Origin: a virus | Lineage: Duplodnaviria; Caudoviricetes | Direction: 5' to 3' (one strand) | Length of the DNA: 37,556 nt | IMG/VR virus record: IMGVR_UViG_3300027892_000076 | Location: 1 to 37,556 of that record | Translations under genes and position numbers: made by a program | Notes under the pieces: model-generated | Seen by the model: the letters and a program-made list of their open reading frames with translations, nothing else | Database searches by the model: none | Told to the model about the DNA's origin: nothing | In this document: positions 9,603-19,800 of the stretch, piece by piece | Layout: each line of letters starts with the position of its first letter | How positions within the stretch are numbered: the first letter of the stretch is position 1

Positions 9603-10556
9603 ATGCCATTCTATCAATCAACGCAAGTTAAAATGTCTTCGGGAACAGCGGGGACCACATTCCAAACAATTGAGCGCGTTCAAAGCGCAACAGTTGGTTA
9701 TCAAATTCCAAGAGCCGATGTAAGCCAAATCGGAAGATTCAGCCCTCTAAAAGAAAGACCAGTTGTAAATTATACTCCTGTATCTTTTTCAGTAGAAGCC
9801 GTAAAAAGCTCTAAAGAAATAGAAACTAATTTTGGCTTAGTAAATAATACTGGAATTGGAATTCTTATTGGAAGAACAGACGGAATTTCTGTGGCTGGCT
9901 TTGGGGCTAGAAATTTTGAATTTCTTAATTCACAAGCTAATACAGCTAACTACGAAAATAAATTAACTATTTTAAGTGGATGTATTAACTCTTATTCCGT
10001 AAGCGCCAATGTTGGTGATTTCGCAAAAGTTTCTGTAAATGGCGAAGGATTAGATTTAAGAGTTGAAAATTTTACAGGAGCAAAAGAAAATATTGCTGTT
10101 CCAACTGCTTTAGTTCGCAGTCAAGATATAGCAATTTCTGGAATTCAAGTCAGCGGCGCGGGATTGACTGGATTTAGCCCACAAAGTTTTAACCTTTCTG
10201 TAAATTTTACTAGACAAGCAGTTGCAATTTTTGGACAAAAATTCCCAACAAGACCAATGACCGCTATAGCCGCATCTCTTTCTATGAATGGATTCTTAGA
10301 GGGCGTTAATCCATTAAGCGGTCTTTCTCACTTTGATTGTGGAAATGCTCTTACTGGAAGCATCTTTATCACATTAGTTTCACCATGCTCTGGGGCTTCA
10401 GCCGCTACAACTTATAGAGTTGTAAATCCATACATTGATTCATTCAATCTAGGTTCTTCAGTTGGCGCATATACCTCTGCCGAGCTAAATATGTCACTTC
10501 CAATTAGCATAGATGCAAACGAAGCAGCTGATAGTTCAAATTTAATCATTACCTGA
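9603..10556 (+). CDS. Tail-tube-like protein, paralogue 2
   Basis: IERVQSATVGYQIPRADVSQIGR matches VPRAQSFSHDFTINRQDVNQLGQ of 10613; shared C...PC motif. Confidence 0.7.
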   Translation: MPFYQSTQVKMSSGTAGTTFQTIERVQSATVGYQIPRADVSQIGRFSPLKERPVVNYTPVSFSVEAVKSSKEIETNFGLVNNTGIGILIGRTDGISVAGFGARNFEFLNSQANTANYENKLTILSGCINSYSVSANVGDFAKVSVNGEGLDLRVENFTGAKENIAVPTALVRSQDIAISGIQVSGAGLTGFSPQSFNLSVNFTRQAVAIFGQKFPTRPMTAIAASLSMNGFLEGVNPLSGLSHFDCGNALTGSIFITLVSPCSGASAATTYRVVNPYIDSFNLGSSVGAYTSAELNMSLPISIDANEAADSSNLIIT

Positions 10557-10612
10557 TATAAATCAATAGAAAAAAAGTGTAAACAAAAAAACAAAACTAA
10601 ACTTATAATATT

Positions 10613-11728
10613 ATGGGCAGAAATCGCATCCTTTACCAATCTCAAGCCGTTTTTATTTCAAGCGGAACCGCAAACAGTTTCGCTTTCACAAGCGGTAACT
10701 CTGGACAGAATTTACTTCTACAAGTTCCTCGCGCTCAGTCTTTTTCTCACGACTTTACAATTAATCGTCAAGATGTTAATCAACTAGGCCAATTAGCCAG
10801 AGTTGACTCAATCATCACCGAAGCTCCTACTGTAAACGCTTCACTTCAGTATTATCCCCTAGACGGATTTGCGGAATCAGCTTTAGGATTTTTCGTTAAA
10901 GGTAATGTCTCTTGCTTAAGCGGCATTCTTTCTAAATCTACTGACCCAAAGAATCTTTTCTGTCTAGTTACCTCTGAAGGTGCAGACGCAGTAGGAAATA
11001 CTAGTAGCGGCGTTAATGGTGTTGTTTCCCTTGGCAATGCTTCAGTCTCTAACATCGCTTGGAATTTCGCTGTTGGCACTATTCCTACTTGCGATGTTAC
11101 TTTCGAGGCTCTTAACGTCAAATACGATACTGGCACTCAAAATATAGCTTCCCCTGCTGTAGCCTTGGAGAATGGAAGACCCGTTACCGGACAGACTTTC
11201 AGTATTCCTGTCGCCCAAACCTATACTGGCACTAATATCATCTCAGCCATTAAACCCGGTGACGTAACATTAGAAATCAATAATGCTGATGCTACTGCTC
11301 TTGGTATTTTCATGAGCGGTGCTAATGCTGTTCCTGTTCAAAGTATTAATATCAGCATTCCTCTTGCTAGAGAAAATCTAAATCGTCTAGGAACTCTATT
11401 CAGCTACGCTAAAGTAGAAACTTACCCAATCACTCCTACCGTTCAGATTGAAGTTCTACAAACTGAATTAAAATCAAGCGCACTAAGCAATGTTCTTTGT
11501 AACGATGAATTTACAAATTTCTCTGTTGTGTGCCGTGAGCCAAATTGTCAAGGAACTGGTGCTGTTGCGATGAGATTCGATATTCGTCGCGCTAAACTAG
11601 AAAGCCAAAATCAAAGTAATGCCGTTGGTCAAAATGCTGCAACTGTAAGCTTAAGCTATAGCTGCACAATCGGTGGACCAGAAGATAACATAAATGGTAT
11701 CTTCATTAGTGGCAAAAATGCATTCTAA
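10613..11728 (+). CDS. Major tail tube protein (paralogue 3, probably the main one)
   Basis: 371 aa, high-expression codon bias like the capsid gene, followed by a strong terminator and upstream of chaperones and TMP. Confidence 0.75.
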   Translation: MGRNRILYQSQAVFISSGTANSFAFTSGNSGQNLLLQVPRAQSFSHDFTINRQDVNQLGQLARVDSIITEAPTVNASLQYYPLDGFAESALGFFVKGNVSCLSGILSKSTDPKNLFCLVTSEGADAVGNTSSGVNGVVSLGNASVSNIAWNFAVGTIPTCDVTFEALNVKYDTGTQNIASPAVALENGRPVTGQTFSIPVAQTYTGTNIISAIKPGDVTLEINNADATALGIFMSGANAVPVQSINISIPLARENLNRLGTLFSYAKVETYPITPTVQIEVLQTELKSSALSNVLCNDEFTNFSVVCREPNCQGTGAVAMRFDIRRAKLESQNQSNAVGQNAATVSLSYSCTIGGPEDNINGIFISGKNAF

Positions 11729-11748
11729 TTAAATAGTTAGAAAAATAA

Positions 11749-11781
11749 AAAAGCCTCAGTTAATAAAACTGGGGCTTTTTT
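11749..11781 (+). terminator. Rho-independent terminator after the tail tube gene
   Basis: AAAAGCCTCAGTT-loop-AACTGGGGCTTTTTT hairpin with T tail. Confidence 0.8.
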
Positions 11782-11809
11782 GTGTATATAAGTTAAGGAA
11801 AAAGGAATT

Positions 11810-12100
11810 ATGGAAAAAAATCAAGCAGAGAAAATATTTTTATTTTCTACAAAAAGAAATATTACAAATCTATTTAAAGATTTTTTATTTATTGTAGAAA
11901 ACTTAAAAGAACAGCACGACGATGCTATGGGTAAGTTGATTGACGCCCTTCCTCAAGACCAAAAAAACAAAGTAATTCTAGCTAATCATTTCACTGACCA
12001 AGAAATGGATAGAATTAGAAAAAAAATATTAGGTTCTGGAAATGATTGTTATCGTTCAATAGAAGAACAATCTAAGAACTTTAAAGTTGATTTTTTTTAA
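11810..12100 (+). CDS. Hypothetical protein (96 aa, helical)
   Basis: ORF with an AAGGAAAAAGGAATT leader between the tail tube and chaperone genes. Confidence 0.7.
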   Translation: MEKNQAEKIFLFSTKRNITNLFKDFLFIVENLKEQHDDAMGKLIDALPQDQKNKVILANHFTDQEMDRIRKKILGSGNDCYRSIEEQSKNFKVDFF

Positions 12101-12126
12101 ACAAAAACGTATAATAAGAAAAAGTT

Positions 12127-12861
12127 ATGAAAAAGCTACACGAATTCAAAATATCAGTAGAAACCGAAGTTGAAAAAACTGAAGTTAAAAACGAAAATGG
12201 CCAAGAAATAACTGTAAAGACCAAGGTTAAAGAACCTGTTAGTTACAGTATCTCTTTAAAACAACCAGCTAGAGGAGAGAATGATAAGTTCCGTCTATTC
12301 TATGGTTCTCAAATAAAAAGAGCTATTGATGCTGGTTTAATCAGTAAATCTGTTTTGGTCAATAAACATATTGATGGTGCGGGAGCCCTATTGTCTCAAG
12401 AGACTGCAAAGAGAATCGCTCATTTAACTATTGAAGGCGAAAAAATCAGAAACGACCTTATCTCTATTGGATCAGTAGAAGATCAGAATGTCGAAAAACA
12501 AACAAAGCAATCCGATCTTCTTTCTGAACTAGTGGATATTCAAAGAGAACTTCAAGCGATTGAAACATCCAATCAAGCTATTTTCCAAAATACCGCTGAG
12601 TCATACGCGCAGGAAAGAGGGAATCTATGGTTGATATTTTATCAAACTTATATCGAAAAAGATGGTAAGTCTGAACAAGTATTTAAGGGAAATACCTTTG
12701 AAGAAAAAGAAAATTACTATTTTGATCTAGAGGAAAACTTAGACCCAATTTATATAGCTGCTAAAAATAAATTAGCTCTATTCTGGGGTCTTTATTCCGC
12801 TGGTCGTATTTCTACACCAGAAGAGTTTGAAAAAGTAGAAAAAGAATACTTGAGTGAGTAA
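12127..12861 (+). CDS. Putative tail assembly chaperone
   Basis: Charged 244-aa protein with a coiled coil, located between tube and TMP genes. Confidence 0.5.
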   Translation: MKKLHEFKISVETEVEKTEVKNENGQEITVKTKVKEPVSYSISLKQPARGENDKFRLFYGSQIKRAIDAGLISKSVLVNKHIDGAGALLSQETAKRIAHLTIEGEKIRNDLISIGSVEDQNVEKQTKQSDLLSELVDIQRELQAIETSNQAIFQNTAESYAQERGNLWLIFYQTYIEKDGKSEQVFKGNTFEEKENYYFDLEENLDPIYIAAKNKLALFWGLYSAGRISTPEEFEKVEKEYLSE

Positions 12862-13810
12862 AGAGTTAAGACAAGCGTTTGTTGACGTTTGTAATGGCTA
12901 TTCTTGTGCCGAATATAATGGGGGAACTCTTTATATTCGGCACTTGTCACATAAAGAGCATTTATATTTAGATGAACTTTATGACCAATTTAAGCAAGAA
13001 GCTTATTCAAGCGGCATAATGACCGAGAAAGAAAAGGTGGGTTTTCTTTTAAAGGAGGGGCTTTGGTCTGAAAAGAAAGAGAATGAGATAGTCATGAAGA
13101 AAGATTACGTTGTTAGATTAAAAGAATCTCTCAAATTGATAAAACTTCCATCTATCCTAAAGAAACAAATAGAAGAAACTGAAAAGCAAGAAAATGAATT
13201 AAGATTGCTAGAAAAAGAAAAGAGTGATTTGATTGGAATGACATCAGAAAGTTATGCTGATAAAGTCGTTAATGATTATTACATATTAAAATCTTTTTTT
13301 AAAGAAGACACTCTAAAAAATGCATTATTTTCTAAAGAAGAATTTGACGAAATAGAAGATACAATATTTATTGATTTATTAGCAATATATGGCAAAAGTT
13401 TAGATAGATGCGCTGATTTAAATCTAAAAAAATTAGCTATACAAGATTTTTTTACAGCTTACTATAATCTATGCGAAGATAACGCAAGTATGTTTTTTGG
13501 CAAATCAATAGTAAATTTTACATATAATCAAGTAAAACTTTCTAATTATGGAAAATTTTTCAAAAGTATTCTACAGGAAGTTGATATTAAAGCACTGCCA
13601 TCAAATATATCAAAAGACCCAGACCAATTAGTAAATTACCTAAATTCTTCAAGGAATGCAAAAGAATTAGTGAATAATAATAATCACTCTAATGTAGCTA
13701 TTGTTGGTGCTACCAAGGAAGATTTGAATATAATTGATGGCGATGGTAAAAAGGGATTACCAAATAAACCCATGTCAATGATGGAAATGTTTAAAATGCA
13801 AAATAGTTAG
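12854..13810 (+). CDS. Putative tail assembly chaperone / pre-tape-measure protein (GTG start)
   Basis: Charged 318-aa helical protein immediately before the TMP, overlapping the upstream gene by 8 bp. Confidence 0.5.
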   Translation: MSKELRQAFVDVCNGYSCAEYNGGTLYIRHLSHKEHLYLDELYDQFKQEAYSSGIMTEKEKVGFLLKEGLWSEKKENEIVMKKDYVVRLKESLKLIKLPSILKKQIEETEKQENELRLLEKEKSDLIGMTSESYADKVVNDYYILKSFFKEDTLKNALFSKEEFDEIEDTIFIDLLAIYGKSLDRCADLNLKKLAIQDFFTAYYNLCEDNASMFFGKSIVNFTYNQVKLSNYGKFFKSILQEVDIKALPSNISKDPDQLVNYLNSSRNAKELVNNNNHSNVAIVGATKEDLNIIDGDGKKGLPNKPMSMMEMFKMQNS

Positions 13811-13853
13811 CAAACCGAAATCATTTCGTGTATTATTAGAACAAAGGTAAGAA

Positions 13854-16800
13854 ATGGCAACTCCCTCGGTCACACTCTCAGCAAGAATAGAAACTGCTCC
13901 AATCTTAAAACAGATTAGAGAACTTGAAAAAACACAGAAATTAAATTTTCAAATAAACGAAAGATCTGCGCTTGCTCCTTTAGGTAGAATTAGAACTGGC
14001 GTTGACCAAGTAGGAAATTCTCTAGATGCTGCTAATCAACGTGTTTTAACATTCGGTGCTTCAGCATTTGCTTTGGGTGGAACTGTTAGAATTTTCAATG
14101 AAATAGTTAGCTCTACAATCAAGGTAGAGAAAGCTCTTTTAGATATTAATTCTGTTTTAGGTTTGTCATCAAAAGATTTATCTTCCTTTAAAAGAGAACT
14201 TTTTGATGTTGCTAGAAATGCCTCACAATCTTTTGATGCGGCTGCAAAGGCTGCGCTTGAATTTTCTCGTCAAGGTCTTGGTGCTGAAGAAACAGTAAAA
14301 AGAGTAAATTCCGCTCTTATTCTATCAAGGTTATCAGGATTGGATGCTGCAAGTGCTGTTGATTCTTTAACTAGTGCAATTAACGGGTTTTCCAAAGAAG
14401 GACTAACCTCAACTCAAGTCATCAATAGATTAGTTGCAGTTGACACTAAATTCGCCGTATCTACAAAAGACTTGGCCGAAGCTCTTTCTCGCGTAGGTTC
14501 TACCGCTCAAGACTCAGGGGTAACTTTCAATAAACTATTAGGTATCATAACTTCGGCACAACAAATTACTGCCAGAGGTGGTGCTGTAATTGGTAATGCT
14601 TTCAAAACAATCTTCACAAGGATACAACGCCCAGAAGTATTGGACCAACTTGAATCTTTTGGTATTGCCGTAAGAGATTTAAGCGGAGAAGCTTTATCTG
14701 CCGATAGAATTCTAGAAAATTTGGGTGGAACATTCGATTCCTTAACAAAGAGTCAACAACAAGTCGTAGGCGAACTTTCTGCTGGTATTTACCAAATCAA
14801 TCAATTTAGAGCGATTATAACTGATTTAGCTAGAAGTTATAGCGTTGTAGAACAAGCTACATATGCGGCTTCTTCCGCTACCGTGGAAGCGCAAAAGAGA
14901 AATGAATCCCTCAACAAATCTTTAGATAGCTTAATTCAAAATTTCAAAACAAGTGCGTCAGAAATAGGTGATTCTGTTGGTAAAATAACTATAGCTCCAT
15001 TGCTTGAGGAAATTTTATCAGGAAATAAAATCATAACCAGCTTTCTTGACTCATTTCGTGGCGCTGGCAAAGATCCTGAGATACAAAACGCAGGTGAGGC
15101 TATCGCTAGTGGATTACTAAAAGGAATTGGAAATGTAATAAGTGGTCCGGGACTAGTTACAATCGGCACTTTATTAACAACCGTTCTTTCAAAGACATTT
15201 TCAGTCATTAGAGATGACGTAGTAGGTCTTTTTCCAGGCAGAAATAAAGAACTTGAAGCAATTAGAGGTTTGAATGTCTTATTGGCTTCGGCTTCATCCC
15301 AAGATAAAACCCGTCTATCGTTAGTTACGGGAATAGTAGAAAAAGAAAAGATTATTTTAGAGATTTTAGCTAAACAAAATGCTTTACGGGCTGCACAAAA
15401 TACCCAACAAGCAAAGGAAATTTATTCTTTGGGTAAAACGTCTCCATCTGCTGTAAAACAATTAAGGTCGTTAGGTAAAACTGGTAGTTTTGCTAGTGGT
15501 TATTCTCCTATTCAGCAAGAGATGTCTGCGATAAAGAAAGGTGTTGGCGGTGCTTCGCCGTCTGCCAAACCCGTCGTAATGCCTAATTTTAATTTTGGTA
15601 ACGGCAAAAGAGGAACAGCTGTTGTAAATACAGATGAATATGTAGTTCCAAATTATGCATTCGGTGGAACTGCTGTGTTTAATAAGAACATGGTGAAAAA
15701 AATGGGTCTTCCGTCAGGCGCAAGAAAAATTAATGCGGCGGGTGGATTCGTTCCTAATTTTGCACCAAAAATGACCACTCTTTACCGTGGTATGGCTTCA
15801 CGATTTGGAATGGAAGATTCTTCAAAATTTAAATCAGCTGCATATGCTGGAAATTGGGAAGGTCTAGGATCAATTCATAGGTTTAAAGATTTGATGGATT
15901 ATCTTGCTCGCTCAAGAAATAGTACACAGCCAGGAATAGTTCCAACTACAACAAGTTTTAAACAAGGTTTGAAGTTTATGGAAGTAGATGGAGTAAAACC
16001 AAAAAAATTTAGTGAATTAAATTTTGGAGATCAACTTGGTGCTAGTAAATCTGGAGATAATCAAGCTCTTATGGTAGATCAGATAAGATCTAATAGAATT
16101 TATAGTGACCCACAGAAATTAGAAAAACTATTTAATAGATTAGGTTCAGAAAAGTTTATGCAAGTAGCTTCTGGAGGTAAAATTGGAGTAAGTTCGGATT
16201 TATTAAAAAGATATTTTAAGAGTATTGGAAATAAAGATGTATCAGATATGATAGAAACTTTTTCTTCTGAAAAAGAAGTTTCTTTATTTAATTCATTAAG
16301 TGATAAAGCAAGGCTTTATAGTCCAAAAGGAAATATTTTTCCTAAATATAAACATCCCTTTGGTGATGTTTCTATAGCTTCTGGTCATATTCCTAATTTT
16401 GCAAAAAAAACACCTTTTGAGTCTCAGTTTGAAATGTTAAATAAGCTTGGGCGTGGTTCATATAAAGATATTTATAATGTTGCGGCACTAAATAGTGTAC
16501 AAGGGGATTTATTTGAAGATAAATTCAGTGGAATGGGATTAATAAAAGGCATCGATCCAAAAGAACTAGTATTATCTGTTTTAAGAAGAAAAAATAAAGA
16601 TTTTGATAAATTACGAGCTTTAAATACATCAGGAGCATTTGCACCACAAATATTTGATACTGGAAAAGTTACTATTGGTGGAAGAAAAAAAGAAGCTGCA
16701 TTAATCGAAAGACTACAACTTATTGAGTATCCTGAAATACGAAGAATGCTTCCTGGTAGAAATGAAATTTCTGTTCAATCTAATATAGCAAAAGTTTTAA

Positions 16801-19800
16801 CTAATTACTTAAAACCATATCTAGAAGGATCTAGAAATTCGGGTTTTGCTGGCCAATATGCTGGAGATTTAAGAATTGATAATTTAGGAGTTACGAAATC
16901 AGGAGATTTAGGTGCTGTTACCGATATTTTAGCTGAATTAGGTGAATCTACTGGAAAACCTGGTCCATATGAACTAAGAAGAGCAGGGCAAGCCTTTAAC
17001 CAAGGATTAAGAGTTTTAGATGCTGGTTATTTACGTCCAAAAGGTATGGCGGATGGATTTGTTCCTAATTTTGCTAATGAAAGATTTATTAAAAGTGGAG
17101 TAGCAGAAGAATTAGCATCTGGAGTTGAAGGAACTGGATACAGATTGGGAGATTCTAATTTAGTAACAAAAAAATATAATAATCTTAGCGCCTTAAGATC
17201 AGAATACATTCTTTCAAAGATGCTTGCTAATGAAAAAGTAGCAGGTATGGAATTTTTAGCTCCAGTTGGATCATTGAAACGATCATTAGAGCGTGGATAT
17301 ACTGCAAAACCAAAAGCCAGTAATGTAAATTATCTAAGAACCTTAGAAGAAAGTGGTGCAAATAGTGGTATTATTACTTTATTATCTCGTATTATTGATA
17401 ATACTGCAACAAAAGCAATAGATCCAATTTTAACAAAAAATTTATTCGGAGCCCGTGCAGATATTCATTCTGGAAACTATGGAATAAATGAACGTGGAAA
17501 GAAAATTTTTGATAATATAATTGGCGTTGGAAAAAATAGATCTAAACAAAGAAATTCTGAAATTTTTAAGAAATTAAGTGATAGTATTATATCTCGCAAA
17601 GGATTTGCAGATAATTTTCTATCTAAAATAGAAAAAGCTGGTGGAAAAATTGAAATTTTTGATCCAGCTTATTTTAGTACAAGTTATATTGGCGAAAGTA
17701 ACGCAAGATTCATAGATAAATACAAATTAGGTAAAAAACAATCTTCATTTCCTGATTTTCTAACTCCTGAATTGGCTGGAGGTCATATTCCTAATTTTGC
17801 AAATATGCGCCTTCCTCGCGCTCAGTTAGCAGATTTACTTAAATCTAAAAAATTCCAAAGCATTTATTACACAAAGAAAAATGGAGAATCTGCAAATTAT
17901 AATGCTGCTCAATGGAGAGTGAATCAAGATCAACTTGTTGGAGCAGATGCGCCAAAAGCATATGAAAGTTGGACTGATTATGATGAGAAAACAAATAGTA
18001 TCGTTCTAAATTCCCTTAAAGAAGGGCAGGGCAAGGCTACACCGAGAAGATTTTTGCTAGATAACATAAGTCGTGTTAGAGCAAACGGCAATACTTACGA
18101 TGTATTCGCTAATGGTTATATTCCTAATTTTTCAGATCCTCTCCGTTCCGCTATTTCTCGCGAAGTAGCTGCTGGCGTAAGTTTAAAAGATATTTATATT
18201 GATAATGATAATAGAGTTAAAAGCTCTTCCAACCCAATGGGTCTACTAGTTGCGAATCGCCGCGACGAGCCATTCGATGGTTCTCAAGGTGTTTCACGCG
18301 CATTAAAAGAAGGAATTAATCCAAGAACTTATGGTGCGGCAAATGGCTTTGTTCCTAACTTTGCTGAATTTGATAAATTAACAAGTAGAACTCCATCCAA
18401 AATGGTTGGAACTAAAACTAAAGATGTATTTGGTAATGTAATAAATTACGCAGAAGTGATGGATATTGGAGGTGGACAAACGTCCGCTCAATTAAGGTCT
18501 TTATTTAGATCCTTAAGACAGGAAGGAACTAATTCCGTTGATGCTTTTAAGAAAACTACTAAAGAAATTATAGATTTATCTCAAAGTGCTAACTTAGTTG
18601 GAAAATCTTTAGAAGAAATAAAAACTAAAATTGGTGTTGCTGGGAAAAAACTTGTAACAAATCTTACTATTGCTGGTGCTACTAGAGCGGCGGAACTTAA
18701 ACAAGCAGATCAAGATCAAGCTAAATATAAAACCGAATTAGCTGCTCAAGAAGCTAGAAGCAAAGTATTAGCTCAACAATTTGCTCAAGGGAAAAAAGAA
18801 CTTCCAGAAACTGTAACACCAAGTATATCTGCCGCTGAAAAAGCACGAAGCGAACAAACTGCAAGGATTCAAAATTTAACTCCACAAACAATTCAGGCTC
18901 AAAAAGAGCAAATGTTTGCGGCTATTAGTAGGTCTAATGCCATTTATCCATCTCCGTCTATAAAAGATAGTCAAGTTAAGGAAGCTTATAAAGTAATAAA
19001 TGCAGAACAAGATGCTAAAGACGAAATTAAAAAAGCTCAAGATGCTGCTCAAGATGCTCGTAGAAGAATTCTATCTCAGCAATTCAAAGAAGGTGAATCG
19101 GAATTATTAAGACAGGTAAATCTTAAGCCTTCGGCACAAGAAATTGCTAGAAATAAGCAAATTAGAAAAATTCAAAATTTAACTCCACAGGCAATTCAAG
19201 CCCAAAAAGAGAAAATGTTTGCGGCTATTGATAAGTCTAATTTTATTCCTAAGACTCCAGCATTAACTGAAGAAGAGATTATTCAGTCTTTACAAGCAAC
19301 TCAAGAACCAGTAAGGATTTATAGAAATGGAGTTCTTTCAAGTGGTAATAATATTCCAAAACTTAGTTATGTTCCTGGTTCTTACAGATCCCCTAACTCT
19401 GCCTTAGTTCCATATAATCCAGCATCTGGTCCATCACCAGAATCTGGTCTATTGCCATCATACCCGTTTTCTAGTCAATTTTCTAATGATTTAATTAATA
19501 GAAGAGTTCGTAGAGAAAAAAATGTTACTCCTGGATTCTCTATTCCTCTGCCTACTTCCTCTAACTTTTCTGTTGGAGATCGTAGATCAGGTGGCGCTGG
19601 TCGTGTTAATACTGGCAATGGACCTATTATAGATGCCGAAGAAGTAATACCAAATTTTAGAACAACAATTAAAAAAGTTACCGATGCGATTATGGGCGCT
19701 GGAATTGCGGGAGCAATTGGCGTTGGATTAAGTGGTGGTGGTTCAGCTGGTCCAATGATAGGGGCGGCTGGTGCTATTTTTGGTGGGATTGGCGGATATA

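Larger units (their letters stand above)
15738..18365 (+). repeat. Six dispersed in-frame copies of A-x-G-[FYH]-[VI]-P-N-F within the TMP
   Basis: AGGFVPNFA (15738), ASGHIPNFA (16377), ADGFVPNFA (17049), AGGHIPNFA (17775), ANGYIPNFS (18108), ANGFVPNFA (18339). DNA core [GA]TTCCTAA[TC]TTT. Confidence 0.95.

Noticed and set aside
12840-12861. Lambda G/GT-type programmed frameshift between the two chaperone genes
   Set aside because: The downstream ORF is in the +1 frame with a TGA (12851-12853) immediately before its GTG, and no slippery heptamer lies in the 8-bp overlap.
15738-18365. Inteins or introns explaining the TMP inserts
   Set aside because: No C/S...HN splice-junction residues or homing endonuclease motifs; the frame is continuous and the inserts carry ART, kinase and WYL-like motifs.
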